A DNA stretch of 64,000 nt from Rhodobacter sp. (GCA_027487395.1 JAIYDR010000384.1:9732-73731); one strand, 5' to 3'; shown: positions 1-9,791, counted from the stretch's first letter. Made by a program: numbers and translations. Notes: a model not told the origin generated them from the sequence alone.

Positions 1-221
1 CGCTGCCGCCCGACATCTTTCAGCGTCTGGCCAGCAATGTGGCCGACAAACTGGCCCGCGCGGCCGAAGGTGGGGCGCAACCCGCGCTTGTGACCACCGC
101 GCTGCGGCGGCGCTTTTTGCGGACCGTGCTGGCGGCGCGCGGACTATCCGCTCCGGTGCTGGCCTATGAAGAGATCGGTCTGGACGCGCGGCCCGCGATG
201 TTGGGTCAGGTTGCGGCATGA
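1..221 (+). CDS. flhA: FlhA flagellar export gate protein, C-terminal fragment (5' end outside window)
   Basis: Frame 3 is open from base 3. Tail ...PALVTTALRRRFLRTVLAARGLSAPVLAYEEIGLDARPAMLGQVAA resembles the FlhA C-terminus. Stop overlaps the fliR ATG (ATGA at 218-221). Confidence 0.7.
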   Translation, partial: LPPDIFQRLASNVADKLARAAEGGAQPALVTTALRRRFLRTVLAARGLSAPVLAYEEIGLDARPAMLGQVAA

Positions 222-985
222 CCCTGTGGGACGAAAGTCTTGCGCTTGCGGAACTGGCCCGCAGCGGGCTGAACCCGGCGGCGCTGGTGTTCCTGCGCGT
301 CGGCGCGATGATGGCGCTTTTGCCCGCTTTTGGCGAACAGGTGGTGCCCGCGCGGGTGCGGCTGGTGCTGGCCTTGGCCTTTACCGCCGTTGTGTTTCCC
401 GCCGTGGCCCCGCAGACCCCGCCCATCTTGACGCTGACCGCTGCGGGGATCGAGGTGGCCGTGGGTCTTATGTTGGGCATCGGGCTGCGGCTTTTGGTGT
501 TGGCCTTGCAATTTGCGGGGTCCATTGCGGCGCAGTCAGCCTCGCTTTCACAACTGTTTGCCAGCGCAGGGGCGGAACCTCAGCCCGCGGTGTCCACGCT
601 GTTCACCGTTTCGGCGCTGGCCTTAGCGGTGCAAAGTGGGCTGCACGTTCGCGCGGCAGAGGTGATGATCCGGTCCTATGACCTGTTTCCCGTCGGCGAT
701 TGGCCGCAAGCGGCGGCGGCGGCCGACTGGGGCGTGGCGCAGGTGGCGCGGGCGACGGCGCTGGCCTTTACGCTTGCCGCGCCTTTTGTGTTGGCGGCGC
801 TGGTGTGGAATCTGGCCTTGGGGGTGATGAACCGCGCGATGCCGATGCTGCCGGTGTCCTTTCTTGGCGCACCCGCGCTGTCACTGGGGGCCTTGGCGGT
901 GACGGCACTTACGGCAGTGGCGGCGTTGACGCTTTGGCAGGGTGTGCTTGACCGGTTTCTGACCGCGCCGATGGACCTGCCATGA
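218..985 (+). CDS. fliR: Flagellar biosynthetic protein FliR
   Basis: 255-aa polytopic membrane protein between flhA and flhB; 4-nt overlaps on both sides. Confidence 0.85.
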   Translation: MTLWDESLALAELARSGLNPAALVFLRVGAMMALLPAFGEQVVPARVRLVLALAFTAVVFPAVAPQTPPILTLTAAGIEVAVGLMLGIGLRLLVLALQFAGSIAAQSASLSQLFASAGAEPQPAVSTLFTVSALALAVQSGLHVRAAEVMIRSYDLFPVGDWPQAAAAADWGVAQVARATALAFTLAAPFVLAALVWNLALGVMNRAMPMLPVSFLGAPALSLGALAVTALTAVAALTLWQGVLDRFLTAPMDLP

Positions 986-2052
986 CCGAGGACGACACCG
1001 ACCGACCGCATGACCCGACGCAAAAGCGCCTGCAAGACGCACGGAACAAGGGCGATATCCCGCGCGCGCCCGATCTTCTGGCCGCCGCGGCCTATGGTGG
1101 GTTCTTGCTGGCGGTCCTGATGGGGGCCGGACCCCTGTTGCAGGTGGCAGAGGGCGGCGTGGCCCTTCTGTCGCAGGCAGATCAGATGGCTGGGGCCGCG
1201 CTGACAGCGGGACAGCCCTTTGCTGTGGGATTGGCAGGGTCGATGCTTTTGCCGCTTTGGCCGTTTTTCGTCCTGCCGGGTCTGGCGGTGCTGGTGCTGC
1301 TCTTGGGCCTGCGCGGACTTGTGGTCAGCCCCGACAAACTTGCGCCGAAACTGTCGCGGCTCAATCCCATTGCCAATGCCAAGCAGAAATTTGGCCCTGA
1401 AGGTTTGGTCAGTTTCGCCCAATCGCTGGCCAAGGTGGGCCTGGCTGCGGTGGCGCTGGTCTGGTTGGTCCAATCACAGGGCGACCGGCTTTTGGCCACG
1501 ATGGCGCAGGGTCCAGCGGGGGTGATGCTGGAGATGGCGGCGCTGACGCTGCGGTTCCTGATCTTGGTCTTTGGTTTGCAACTGGGGTTGGGACTGTTGG
1601 ACGCGCTGTGGCAATGGCATCGTTTTCGCCAAAGAAACCGGATGTCAGACAATGACTTGCGCGACGAAGCCAAGGAAAGTGAGGGCGATCCGCATCTGCG
1701 CGCCCAGCGCCGTCAACGCGGCCAAGAGATTGCGCTGAACCGGATGCTGGCGGACATGCCGGGGGCGGATGTGGTGATCGTGAACCCAACGCATTACGCT
1801 GTGGCGCTGAAATGGGATCGCGCGGCGGGTGTACCACCGATCTGCATCGCCAAGGGCACGGACGACGTCGCGCTGCGCATCCGGCAAGCGGCAGCGCTAC
1901 ATGGCATCCCGGTGCGACAAGATCCGCCCACCGCCCGCGCCTTGCACGCCAGCGTCAAGATCGGAGAGCCGATCCGCCCCGACCATTACCGCGCCGTCGC
2001 GGCCGCAATCCGCTTTGCCGAAAGCCTGCGTCGAAAGGCCAAAACCCGATGA
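982..2052 (+). CDS. flhB: Flagellar export switch protein FlhB
   Basis: 356 aa; N-terminal TM region; NPTH autocleavage motif (VVIVNPTHYAVALKWD). Confidence 0.9.
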   Translation: MTEDDTDRPHDPTQKRLQDARNKGDIPRAPDLLAAAAYGGFLLAVLMGAGPLLQVAEGGVALLSQADQMAGAALTAGQPFAVGLAGSMLLPLWPFFVLPGLAVLVLLLGLRGLVVSPDKLAPKLSRLNPIANAKQKFGPEGLVSFAQSLAKVGLAAVALVWLVQSQGDRLLATMAQGPAGVMLEMAALTLRFLILVFGLQLGLGLLDALWQWHRFRQRNRMSDNDLRDEAKESEGDPHLRAQRRQRGQEIALNRMLADMPGADVVIVNPTHYAVALKWDRAAGVPPICIAKGTDDVALRIRQAAALHGIPVRQDPPTARALHASVKIGEPIRPDHYRAVAAAIRFAESLRRKAKTR

Positions 2053-2387
2053 GCGATCCCCGCATCGATCCCCGGCAGTTGGCCCGTCTGATGCAACTTT
2101 CAGATGTTCTGCGTGACCGCGATCTGGCGCGGTTGTCAGCGGCCGGCAAGGCGGTTGCGGCCATCGACCGCCATCTCGCAGCACTCGATCAGCCCGCCAC
2201 GGCCCCTGCGGATGTGGCGGCGGCTTTGGCGCAACATCGCCATGACGGCTGGGCCGACGCACGGCGGCGCGTGTTGCAACCCGAACGGGAGCGTCTGGAC
2301 GCGCTGCGCCAATCCGCTGCCGATCAGGCCCGGCTGTCCTTTGGCCGGGCACTGGCCTTGCAGCGGATCAAGGATCAGCTGTCCTGA
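2049..2387 (+). CDS. Hypothetical small coiled-coil protein of the flagellar cluster
   Basis: ATG at 2049 overlaps the flhB stop (ATGA). 112 aa: MSDPRIDPRQLARLMQLSDVLRDRDLARL... No family recognised; the FliJ-like idea is speculative. Confidence 0.45.
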   Translation: MSDPRIDPRQLARLMQLSDVLRDRDLARLSAAGKAVAAIDRHLAALDQPATAPADVAAALAQHRHDGWADARRRVLQPERERLDALRQSAADQARLSFGRALALQRIKDQLS

Positions 2388-2884
2388 CGGACGATGTCGG
2401 TGATCAGCACATCCCGTGCGGTTGCGCCCAATACGGTGCGGGCCGATTCCAGCAAGGCGCGGCGCAGCAGGATCATGTTGCTGCCATCGGTGAAAGACCC
2501 GCGAAACCCGCCTGCATTGGCGTGATCAAACAGCACTTGCAGGAAACTGTCGCGCAGTTTGGGTTCACGGGCATAGACATCCTCGGCCCCACCGGGTGGA
2601 ATTTCGATGGACAAAGACAGAATCACCATCGACACGACGCGCCCACCTTCCAGCACGGGCACGACGAATTGGTTGTTCATCCTGGCATATTCGGGCGGCG
2701 TTTCGCTGTCTGGCGCTGCGGGTTCAGCCAGTGCATCCGTCGCTTCGGCCGCCGTTTCTTCTGCCGTTTCAGCAGCGTCCGCGGCGGCCTGGATAGGCGG
2801 GTCTGGGCGCAGGGCAAAGCCCGCCCCAACCCCGGCGCCCAAACCGATCAGCGGCAAAATCAGCGGAAAGAGACGCGCGATCAT
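2375..2884 (-). CDS. fliL: Flagellar basal-body-associated protein FliL
   Basis: 169 aa; single N-terminal TM; ...MNNQFVVPVLEGGRVVSMVILSLSIE... is typical of FliL; last gene of the minus-strand rod/ring operon. Confidence 0.75.
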   Translation of the reverse strand: MIARLFPLILPLIGLGAGVGAGFALRPDPPIQAAADAAETAEETAAEATDALAEPAAPDSETPPEYARMNNQFVVPVLEGGRVVSMVILSLSIEIPPGGAEDVYAREPKLRDSFLQVLFDHANAGGFRGSFTDGSNMILLRRALLESARTVLGATARDVLITDIVRQDS

Positions 2885-3606
2885 CAGAACGGCAACACGA
2901 TATCGGCCAATTCCTGGCCATAGCGCGGGGATTGCACATCGCTGACCAGCCCGCGCCCGCCGTAGGAAATCCGCGCGCCAGCGATCTTGTCATAGGTGAT
3001 CTCATTCTGGCGCGAGATATCCACGGGCCGCACATAACCGCTGAGCAAGAGTTCACGCAATTCGCGGTTCACCCGCACCTCTTGCTGGCCCTCGATTCTC
3101 AGGACGCCATTGGCCAATTCTTCAACCACCGTCGCGGCGATCTTCAACTCGAGCTGTTCGTTGCGGGACACGCTGCCCTCTCCTTGATAGCTGGATTGGC
3201 TGTCGGTCTGCACGGCATTGGCCAGACTGGCCCCGGCGGGCAGGTCGGTATCGGCGCGTTGCGGGATGCCCATCATCTGCGGGATGCCCAAGCGTTCGCT
3301 GCCATCGCGGCTGCGTTCGGTGCTGTTGCTGATTTGGGCGCTGTCGTCGATTTCGATCAACACAGTCAGGATATCGCCCCGCCGCGCGGCGCGCCTGTCA
3401 CCAAAGAGCGCGCCACGTTCGGCAGACCACAGCGATGCCCGCGCCCCCGGCCCGGTCTGATCCGCCACTTCGGGAAAGCGAGCAGAATAGACGGCGGCAT
3501 GTTGCAGCGTACCTTCCATCGGTGAAAACTCTGGCGCGCGACCAAAATGGTCAATCCGGCCACAACCGACCAAGGCCAGCCCTGCCAGCACCAAAAGCCC
3601 CCTCAT
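2884..3606 (-). CDS. flgH: Flagellar L-ring lipoprotein FlgH
   Basis: True start is Met153 of the 392-aa ORF (CAT at 3604-3606). Lipobox LALVGC; 240 aa; the upstream Arg-rich extension is non-coding-like and overlaps flgA. Confidence 0.85.
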   Translation of the reverse strand: MRGLLVLAGLALVGCGRIDHFGRAPEFSPMEGTLQHAAVYSARFPEVADQTGPGARASLWSAERGALFGDRRAARRGDILTVLIEIDDSAQISNSTERSRDGSERLGIPQMMGIPQRADTDLPAGASLANAVQTDSQSSYQGEGSVSRNEQLELKIAATVVEELANGVLRIEGQQEVRVNRELRELLLSGYVRPVDISRQNEITYDKIAGARISYGGRGLVSDVQSPRYGQELADIVLPF

Positions 3607-4013
3607 GGTGCCACCTGCACAGAGCCGTCGGGCAGAACCACCCCCTGCACCGTCCCGCGCGAAGACAGGTTCATCACCCGCACCGCTTGACCGACGGCCC
3701 CGGCGTCCAAAGCGCGGCCATCGGCAGCGATCGTCATCCCGCCAAGGGCATAGTGCAGCTTTATCAACTGGTTGCGCACTACAACTTCGGGTGCAGTCAG
3801 ATCGTCCACCCGCAAGGGGCGGCCTGCCTGCACGGCGACGCGCAACGCTTGCCCCAAAACCTGATCTGGCGCGGTGGCGGCACCCGGAATGTCGGCGGCG
3901 ACCGTGGTGATATCGGCCAGGCCCACCGTCGCGCGGGCGGGCAGGCTGCGCGTCAGGATCACCGCATCGGCCAGCGCGGGCGCGGGCAACAGCATCAGAG
4001 CCAGCCAGCGCAT
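3603..4013 (-). CDS. flgA: Flagellar P-ring assembly chaperone FlgA
   Basis: 136 aa; signal peptide MRWLALMLLPAPALA; SAF-like C-terminal region; sits between flgG and flgH. Confidence 0.75.
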   Translation of the reverse strand: MRWLALMLLPAPALADAVILTRSLPARATVGLADITTVAADIPGAATAPDQVLGQALRVAVQAGRPLRVDDLTAPEVVVRNQLIKLHYALGGMTIAADGRALDAGAVGQAVRVMNLSSRGTVQGVVLPDGSVQVAP

Positions 4014-4798
4014 CAGCGCACCTGCGCCATCGCCGACAGCATCTGGTCGGCGGCCGTGACAACCTTGGCGTTCAGCTCATACCCGCGCTGGGCCTTGATC
4101 AACTCGGTCACCTCGCGCACCGGATCGACGCTGCTTTCCTCAAGATACCCCTGCCGCAGGGTGCCCAAGCCATCTTGCCCCGGCGCACCGGACAGCGGCG
4201 CGCCCGAGGCCGCGCTTTCCAGATAGAGGTTGGACCCCATTGCCTGCAGACCCTTTTCATTGGTGAAGCCGACGAGGTTCAACTGTCCCAAAACCTCTGG
4301 CTCGACCTGGCCGTCGAAATAGGCCCACACCTCCCCTTCCGGATTGATCGACAGGCTGCGCGCGTCGGACGGGATGGTGATGCCGGGGGCGACGGCAAAG
4401 CCTTCAGAGGTGACGATCTGCCCATCCGCCGCGCGTTTCAGCCCGCCATCGCGGGTATAGGCGGACCCACCAGACGGAAGCCGCACTTCAAGATAGCCAC
4501 GCCCTTCGATGGCAAGATCGAGATCGCCGCCGGTTTGCGCCAAAGACCCTTGCGCCAGCACCACCGACACTGCCGCGGCCCGCACCCCCATGCCGATCTG
4601 CACACCGGTGGGCAGCATCGTGCCATCGGTCGCGGTGATCGTGCCGGGGCTGGCGATCTGACGGTATTGCAGATCGGCAAAATCGGCGCGACGGGCGTTG
4701 TAGGCCGTGGTCGACATATTGGCGAGGTTGTTGGAGATGACATCGACGCGCATCTGTTGCGCGGCCATGCCGGTGGCGGCGATTTGCAGGGCGTTCAT
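4013..4798 (-). CDS. flgG: Flagellar distal rod protein FlgG
   Basis: 261 aa; N-terminal ...ISNNLANMSTTAY...; C-terminal ...LIKAQRGYELNAKVV... rod-protein motifs. Confidence 0.9.
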   Translation of the reverse strand: MNALQIAATGMAAQQMRVDVISNNLANMSTTAYNARRADFADLQYRQIASPGTITATDGTMLPTGVQIGMGVRAAAVSVVLAQGSLAQTGGDLDLAIEGRGYLEVRLPSGGSAYTRDGGLKRAADGQIVTSEGFAVAPGITIPSDARSLSINPEGEVWAYFDGQVEPEVLGQLNLVGFTNEKGLQAMGSNLYLESAASGAPLSGAPGQDGLGTLRQGYLEESSVDPVREVTELIKAQRGYELNAKVVTAADQMLSAMAQVR

Positions 4799-5511
4799 AC
4801 GTGTCTCCCCAAGGTTTCGATGACACGCAGCGCGCGGTCATCCTCGCGTTGCAGAAAGGATTGCCCGGCCTCATAGGCGCGCTGCACTTCGATCATGCGG
4901 GCGATTTCGGTAATGGGATTGACGTTGCTTTCCTCGATCATGCCTTGCATCACCGTGGCTGCGGGGGCCGGGAGAACGGCATCAACGGAGAACAGCGTTC
5001 CCGCTTGCTGGCGCAGCGACAAGGGATCGTCGGGCTGAAAAAGACCGATCCGACCCACTGTTTGCCCATCGGCAGAGATGGTGCCATCCGGCCCGATCCG
5101 AACCTGCGAAACACCGCCCGGAATGACCACGGGCGCACCGCCCGCATCCAGCACGGAATAACCGTCGGGCGTCGTCAGCGTGCCTTCGGCGGATGGCGTG
5201 AAACTGCCCGCCCGCGTCAGGCGCGGACCGTCGGGGGTGGCGACTTGAAAGAACCCTTCCCCCATGATCGCAAGGTCAAAAGTGCCACCTGTGGCTGACA
5301 AGGCCCCTTGCGTCATGTCCAGCAAACGCGCCTTGGCCAGCGCCATCGACACAGAGGGCGCGGTGCCCGCCTGCGCCACATGTTCTGCAAAAACAATGCC
5401 TTCGCGCCGAAATCCCGCGGTAGAGACGTTGGCGATGTTATGGGCGACAAGCTCCATCTCGCGCATCAGGCCGGATTGGCGGGTCAGGGTGACATAGGCG
5501 GTGGTGTCCAT
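4795..5511 (-). CDS. flgF: Flagellar proximal rod protein FlgF
   Basis: Start at Met77 of the 314-aa ORF (MDTTAYVTLTRQSGL...NIANVSTAGFR); 238 aa; 1-nt junction with the fliQ stop. Confidence 0.85.
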   Translation of the reverse strand: MDTTAYVTLTRQSGLMREMELVAHNIANVSTAGFRREGIVFAEHVAQAGTAPSVSMALAKARLLDMTQGALSATGGTFDLAIMGEGFFQVATPDGPRLTRAGSFTPSAEGTLTTPDGYSVLDAGGAPVVIPGGVSQVRIGPDGTISADGQTVGRIGLFQPDDPLSLRQQAGTLFSVDAVLPAPAATVMQGMIEESNVNPITEIARMIEVQRAYEAGQSFLQREDDRALRVIETLGRHV

Positions 5512-5783
5512 CAACGCGCCCCTGCGATCACCGGAATGATCCGGCCGGTGAAGAAATCGACAAGGGTGGCGGTCATGAAGCTCATGCTCACCCAAAACAC
5601 CGCCAGCATGGCGCCAACCTTGGGCACAAAGGTCAGCGTGCTTTCCTGTACCGATGTCAGCGCCTGCAACAAACCGATGGCCAGACCCGCCGCCAGCGCC
5701 ACCGTCAGCATCGGGGCAGAGATGCGAACGGCGATCCACAGCGCCTCGCGCAGCGAGTCGAATATCAGCGCCTCACCCATCAT
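5511..5783 (-). CDS. fliQ: Flagellar export apparatus protein FliQ
   Basis: 90 aa; two-TM protein; ...LLQALTSVQESTLTFVPK... motif. Confidence 0.85.
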   Translation of the reverse strand: MMGEALIFDSLREALWIAVRISAPMLTVALAAGLAIGLLQALTSVQESTLTFVPKVGAMLAVFWVSMSFMTATLVDFFTGRIIPVIAGAR

Positions 5784-6076
5784 ATCGGCATCCTCAGAAT
5801 CTCCTGATACGCCTCAACCACCCGGTCGCGCAGGGTGGCGACGGTTTCAACGGCCATCTGGCTGGAGGCCAATGCCTCAACCAGCGCATGGGGATCGGCG
5901 TGGCCGGTCAGGGCGGCGCGGGCGGTTTGCTCGCCTTTGGTTAGGGTGGCGGTCACACTTTGGGCAAGGGCTGCGAAATCCGGCGTGCCGTCATCCGGCG
6001 CGGTGATGCGGCGGGCGGCGTCATAGGCGCGACTGGCAAGGCCGGAGATGTGGGGCGAAAGGTCCATTCTGGTCAC
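5780..6076 (-). CDS. fliE: Flagellar hook-basal body complex protein FliE
   Basis: 98 aa; C-terminus ...LRDRVVEAYQEILRMPI is typical of FliE. Confidence 0.75.
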   Translation of the reverse strand: MTRMDLSPHISGLASRAYDAARRITAPDDGTPDFAALAQSVTATLTKGEQTARAALTGHADPHALVEALASSQMAVETVATLRDRVVEAYQEILRMPI

Positions 6077-6450
6077 CTGCGAATAAGGTCAAAGAGTTGC
6101 GAGGTCATCTGTCGCGCCTGATCAAACAGGCTGAGATTGGCCGCATAGCTGCGCGCGGCTTCGCGCGCGTCCGCCGTTTCCAAAGTCAGATCGACGTTGG
6201 ACCCGTCACGATAGCCTTCGGCATCGGCCAAGGGATGGCCGGGGTCGTGCAGTCGCGTGACGGGTGTGGGGTCCAATTGCACGGCGGGGATCCTGACCCC
6301 GCCATCCGGCATCGTGGAAAACACCGCGATCTTGCGGTGGTAACCGGGTGTGTCGGCATTGGCGACGTTTTCGGCCACATGCCGCAGCCGCTGCGCCTGC
6401 GCTTGCAGACCCGAGGCCGAGGCGGACAAAGCACCGGGAAGGTCCATCAT
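6073..6450 (-). CDS. flgC: Flagellar rod protein FlgC
   Basis: 125 aa; ...ENVANADTPGYHRK... Confidence 0.85.
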   Translation of the reverse strand: MMDLPGALSASASGLQAQAQRLRHVAENVANADTPGYHRKIAVFSTMPDGGVRIPAVQLDPTPVTRLHDPGHPLADAEGYRDGSNVDLTLETADAREAARSYAANLSLFDQARQMTSQLFDLIRR

Positions 6451-6833
6451 TGCCCACCCCGCCCCAGTGCAGCGCGCAGGATGCCCGAGGTGTTGCGGTA
6501 CACCGCCAGTGCCATGTCATGCACCTGCCTCACCTCAGACGCGCGGATCATCTCTGTCTCAAGAGAGACGGCGTTGCCGTTGGGATCAGCCCAGCCGCCT
6601 GCATCCACAGGGCGGGCTTCGGCGGCAGGGGGCGCCCCGCCGATATGCCCCGGCCGCGTTTCCCGCAGCGTGGTTCCCGCGCTGTCATAGACATCGGCAA
6701 AGGCCGGCAGGTCGCGCGCCCGGTATCCCGGCGTGTCAGCATGGGCCACATTCTGCGCCACAAGCGACAAGCGCGCACCCGCATGGGCCGCAAGGGATTG
6801 CGCCATGCGTGTCAGTTCAAGTTTTTCGAACAT
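6447..6833 (-). CDS. flgB: Flagellar rod protein FlgB
   Basis: 128 aa; ...QNVAHADTPGYRARDL...; first gene of the minus-strand operon. Confidence 0.85.
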   Translation of the reverse strand: MFEKLELTRMAQSLAAHAGARLSLVAQNVAHADTPGYRARDLPAFADVYDSAGTTLRETRPGHIGGAPPAAEARPVDAGGWADPNGNAVSLETEMIRASEVRQVHDMALAVYRNTSGILRAALGRGGQ

Positions 6834-6911
6834 CGGGTTTCTCCCTGATCCGGCTTCACCAGTGCTTAAGCCCGATTCGCTAAGGAAGGGTTGAAACGGA
6901 AAGGGATTGTG

Positions 6912-8210
6912 ATGGCCGAGTTCGACAGGCTTTTGGCGCGGCTGGCGCAGGTGCAGCCCATCCGGCGCACGGGGACAGTGACGGCGATTTCCGCTGGCAC
7001 GGTGACAGTGGCCGGTCTGCCGGGCGCGGCGTTGGGGGATCGTATCCGCCTGTCACCCGCGCTGGAGGGAGAGGTGATGGCCCTGCATCCGGGGGCTGCG
7101 GTGGTCATGCCCGATTCGATGCCGGATGGTCTGGGCACAGGCGCGACGGTGGACCTGATCGGTCCCGCGCGGATTGCCCCGGATACCGGGTGGATCGGGC
7201 GGGTGGTCGATCCCTTCGGCAACGCCTTGGACGGGCGGGCACTGCTGCCGGGCCCCTTGCCGCGTGCGCTACGGGCGGCCCCGCCGCCACCTGCCACCCG
7301 CCGCAGGTTGGGGGCACGGTTGGAAACCGGAACGGCAGTGTTTGACACGCTGTTGCCCTTGGTTCGCGGCCAGCGGATCGGGCTTTTTGCAGGCTCCGGT
7401 GTGGGAAAATCCTCGCTGCTGGCGCGGTTGGCGCGGGGGGTGCAGGCCGATGTGGTGGTGATCGCGCTGATCGGCGAACGGGGGCGCGAGGTGAAAGACT
7501 TTACCGACGATGTCCTTGGCCCCGAGGGGATGGCGCGCAGCGTGGTGGTGGCGGCAACGTCTGACCAGCCCCCCGTGGTGCGCCGCCGCTGCGCCTGGGC
7601 CGCGATGGCGGTGGCCGAGCATTTCCGCGACATGGGCCTGCATGTGCTGTTTCTGGCCGACAGCGTCACCCGCTTTGCCGAAGCCCACCGCGAGGTGGCC
7701 TTGGCGGGCGGAGAGGTCGCCGCCCTGCGCGGTCATCCCCCATCCGTCGCGCATGCGATCATGGCTTTGGCCGAACGCGCGGGGCCGGGGGCCGCTGGGG
7801 CGGGGGACATCACGGCCGTGTTTTCCGTGCTGGTCGCGGGGTCGGATATGGATGAACCCGTGGCCGATATCCTGCGCGGGGTGCTGGATGGCCATGTGGT
7901 GATGGACCGTCGCATTGCCGAACGCGGGCGCTATCCGGCGATTGACCTGTTGAAGTCGGTTTCGCGCAGCCTGCCCGGCGCGGCCACGGACGCCGAAAAC
8001 GCGCTGATCGGTCAGACGCGCCGGGTTTTGGCAGTCTGGGACCGGGCAGAGTTGATGGTGCAGGCCGGGCTTTATGCACGCGGTTCGGATCCGGCGGTGG
8101 ATGAGGCGATCCGTCTTTTCCCGCGCCTCGATGCCTTTCTGGCCGAAACCGCGCCCGAAGGCGGGATTGCTGCCAGTTTTTCACGCCTGTCGCGGCTGTT
8201 GCAGAGCTAA
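6912..8210 (+). CDS. fliI: Flagellum-specific ATPase FliI
   Basis: Walker A GSGVGKSSLL. ATG at 6912 is preceded by AAGGGA; the ORF track's start at 6891 is the alternative. Confidence 0.9.
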   Translation: MAEFDRLLARLAQVQPIRRTGTVTAISAGTVTVAGLPGAALGDRIRLSPALEGEVMALHPGAAVVMPDSMPDGLGTGATVDLIGPARIAPDTGWIGRVVDPFGNALDGRALLPGPLPRALRAAPPPPATRRRLGARLETGTAVFDTLLPLVRGQRIGLFAGSGVGKSSLLARLARGVQADVVVIALIGERGREVKDFTDDVLGPEGMARSVVVAATSDQPPVVRRRCAWAAMAVAEHFRDMGLHVLFLADSVTRFAEAHREVALAGGEVAALRGHPPSVAHAIMALAERAGPGAAGAGDITAVFSVLVAGSDMDEPVADILRGVLDGHVVMDRRIAERGRYPAIDLLKSVSRSLPGAATDAENALIGQTRRVLAVWDRAELMVQAGLYARGSDPAVDEAIRLFPRLDAFLAETAPEGGIAASFSRLSRLLQS

Positions 8211-9004
8211 AGGCGACGGAAAACGCCCGATTGCAGCAAAGTCAGCGCCGGGGAACTGGCCTGCGCGTTTTCCAACGATGACACGCTCAGGAATCGGCGG
8301 ATCAAGGATTCGCGCTTGGCCGGATCGGTGAATTGGGCCAGCGTTTCATTGCCAAAGACCGCCCCCGTCCGCGACTGGAACATGGTCAACTGACGGTCAA
8401 GGTCCAGCGTGGCGATCCGTGCGGGCAGGCCGAGCGCGGTCTGCATTACAGACCGCAGCGGCGGGTTGCCCATCAGGGTGAACCACTTGGTCTTCTCGGA
8501 TCCCGACTTTCCCGCCAAGGCCGCCAATTCGCGCTGGGCATTCATCGCCAAGCGCAGGGAATTGTCCTGCGCCCCAACGGCAGATTCAAACCGCCGCGCG
8601 TGCCACTGGGTCAGGATGGTATCGGCAAAGGCCGAATCCTTGCTGCGCGGGGTCTTGAAATCCCCAAAGCCAAAGGCTGCGGACATCTGGGCATAGCGCT
8701 TGTCCGACAGTTTCACGGCCAAAGCGCCGGGGGTCAGCGTCCCGCCCTCAAGCACCTTACGGATGAAGAAGCGGCTGTTCAGATCGGCTTCCAACCCGAA
8801 CGCCTCAAGCGTGACTTTCAGCAGACGACGGTCGTTCACCAAAGCCTCGGCGCTGTCGATCTTGCCGATACGGTCACGGAAATAAGCGGCATCGCGCTGC
8901 AATTCTGGCTGGGCGGCCAGCACCGCGGTCTGGCTGGCACGCGTGCGTTGCAACATCGTCCAGCCGGAGATGCCGCCGCCTGATAGGACAGGCGCAAAGC
9001 TCAT
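8207..9004 (-). CDS. DUF1217-like flagellar cluster protein
   Basis: 265 aa. Recognised from memory as the DUF1217 family common next to flbT/flaF in alphaproteobacteria; 4-nt convergent overlap with fliI. Confidence 0.55.
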   Translation of the reverse strand: MSFAPVLSGGGISGWTMLQRTRASQTAVLAAQPELQRDAAYFRDRIGKIDSAEALVNDRRLLKVTLEAFGLEADLNSRFFIRKVLEGGTLTPGALAVKLSDKRYAQMSAAFGFGDFKTPRSKDSAFADTILTQWHARRFESAVGAQDNSLRLAMNAQRELAALAGKSGSEKTKWFTLMGNPPLRSVMQTALGLPARIATLDLDRQLTMFQSRTGAVFGNETLAQFTDPAKRESLIRRFLSVSSLENAQASSPALTLLQSGVFRRL

Positions 9005-9405
9005 GCCCGTCGCGCGGCCAGAAGCCGTTCCTCCCGCGGCAAAAGACAGCGCAGGGATTTCATCACGACGTAATGCTGATCCTCAAGCACGGCACGCCCA
9101 GCGGCGGCCAGCAAGCTGCGGCTGTCCGGATCGGTCAGGATTTGCGACAACTGCTCGATCCCGCGCAAAAGTTGCATCCGCGTGTCGGCAGGATTGGCAT
9201 CGCCCGACAGCACCAGTTGCGCCAGATAACAGACGCGCCGAACCGGGGTGGTCACCTCTTCGGGGTGGATGGCGTCGCGCAGGCGCAAGATATGCGCGTT
9301 CGGCGTCATCACATTGATCTTGGACCGTTTATCGCCGTTTTCGATCACGGCGCCATTGATCAGCACCCGTTCATGCGGGCCCAGCTTCAGCACAAGCCCG
9401 GTCAT
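9001..9405 (-). CDS. flbT: Flagellin synthesis repressor FlbT
   Basis: 134 aa; MTGLVLKLGPHERVLINGAVIENGDKR... N-terminus is typical of FlbT. Confidence 0.8.
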   Translation of the reverse strand: MTGLVLKLGPHERVLINGAVIENGDKRSKINVMTPNAHILRLRDAIHPEEVTTPVRRVCYLAQLVLSGDANPADTRMQLLRGIEQLSQILTDPDSRSLLAAAGRAVLEDQHYVVMKSLRCLLPREERLLAARRA

Positions 9406-9791
9406 GTCGTTGCCCCTTCGCCGCGCAAGCCGCGCATGATGGCGGTGTTGATGTCCACCAGCACCTCAACCCCGGCGGTGCCGTCCAGCACGGCGCGGCT
9501 GTGCTGCGCGGTGAATTCATACAGCCAGAACAGCCGCGCTCGCAAAAGCGCCGGGAGTTGGTTGCCATCACCCGCCACATCGACGGCGAGGGTGGACCAC
9601 AGCGACAGGTTGTCGTTCAGCGCGCGGACAAAGCCGGGATGGTCGGTATCGCGTTGCGCGGCGGCAGCCGTCAAACGACCGGTGATCCGGGCCAGCAGAT
9701 CGTATTCCACAGCGCGCGGGGTGCGTGCCGGGGCTTCGGGACGCGCATAGGCGCGGGTCGCCGACAAGGCGGGATGGGTGTGCGCGTTCAT
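9402..9791 (-). CDS. flaF: Flagellin synthesis regulator FlaF
   Basis: 129 aa; ...REVEYDLLARITGRL...NLSLWSTLAVDV... pattern is FlaF-like; overlaps flbT by 4 nt. Confidence 0.8.
   Translation of the reverse strand: MNAHTHPALSATRAYARPEAPARTPRAVEYDLLARITGRLTAAAAQRDTDHPGFVRALNDNLSLWSTLAVDVAGDGNQLPALLRARLFWLYEFTAQHSRAVLDGTAGVEVLVDINTAIMRGLRGEGATT

Noticed and set aside
3607-4062. N-terminal 152-codon extension of the flgH ORF; similar extensions occur on flgF, ubiE, dnaA, dnaN and the P-type ATPase ORFs
   Set aside because: The extensions overlap upstream genes or intergenic DNA and are Arg-rich. Internal Met starts give canonical N-termini, such as a lipobox or conserved first residues.
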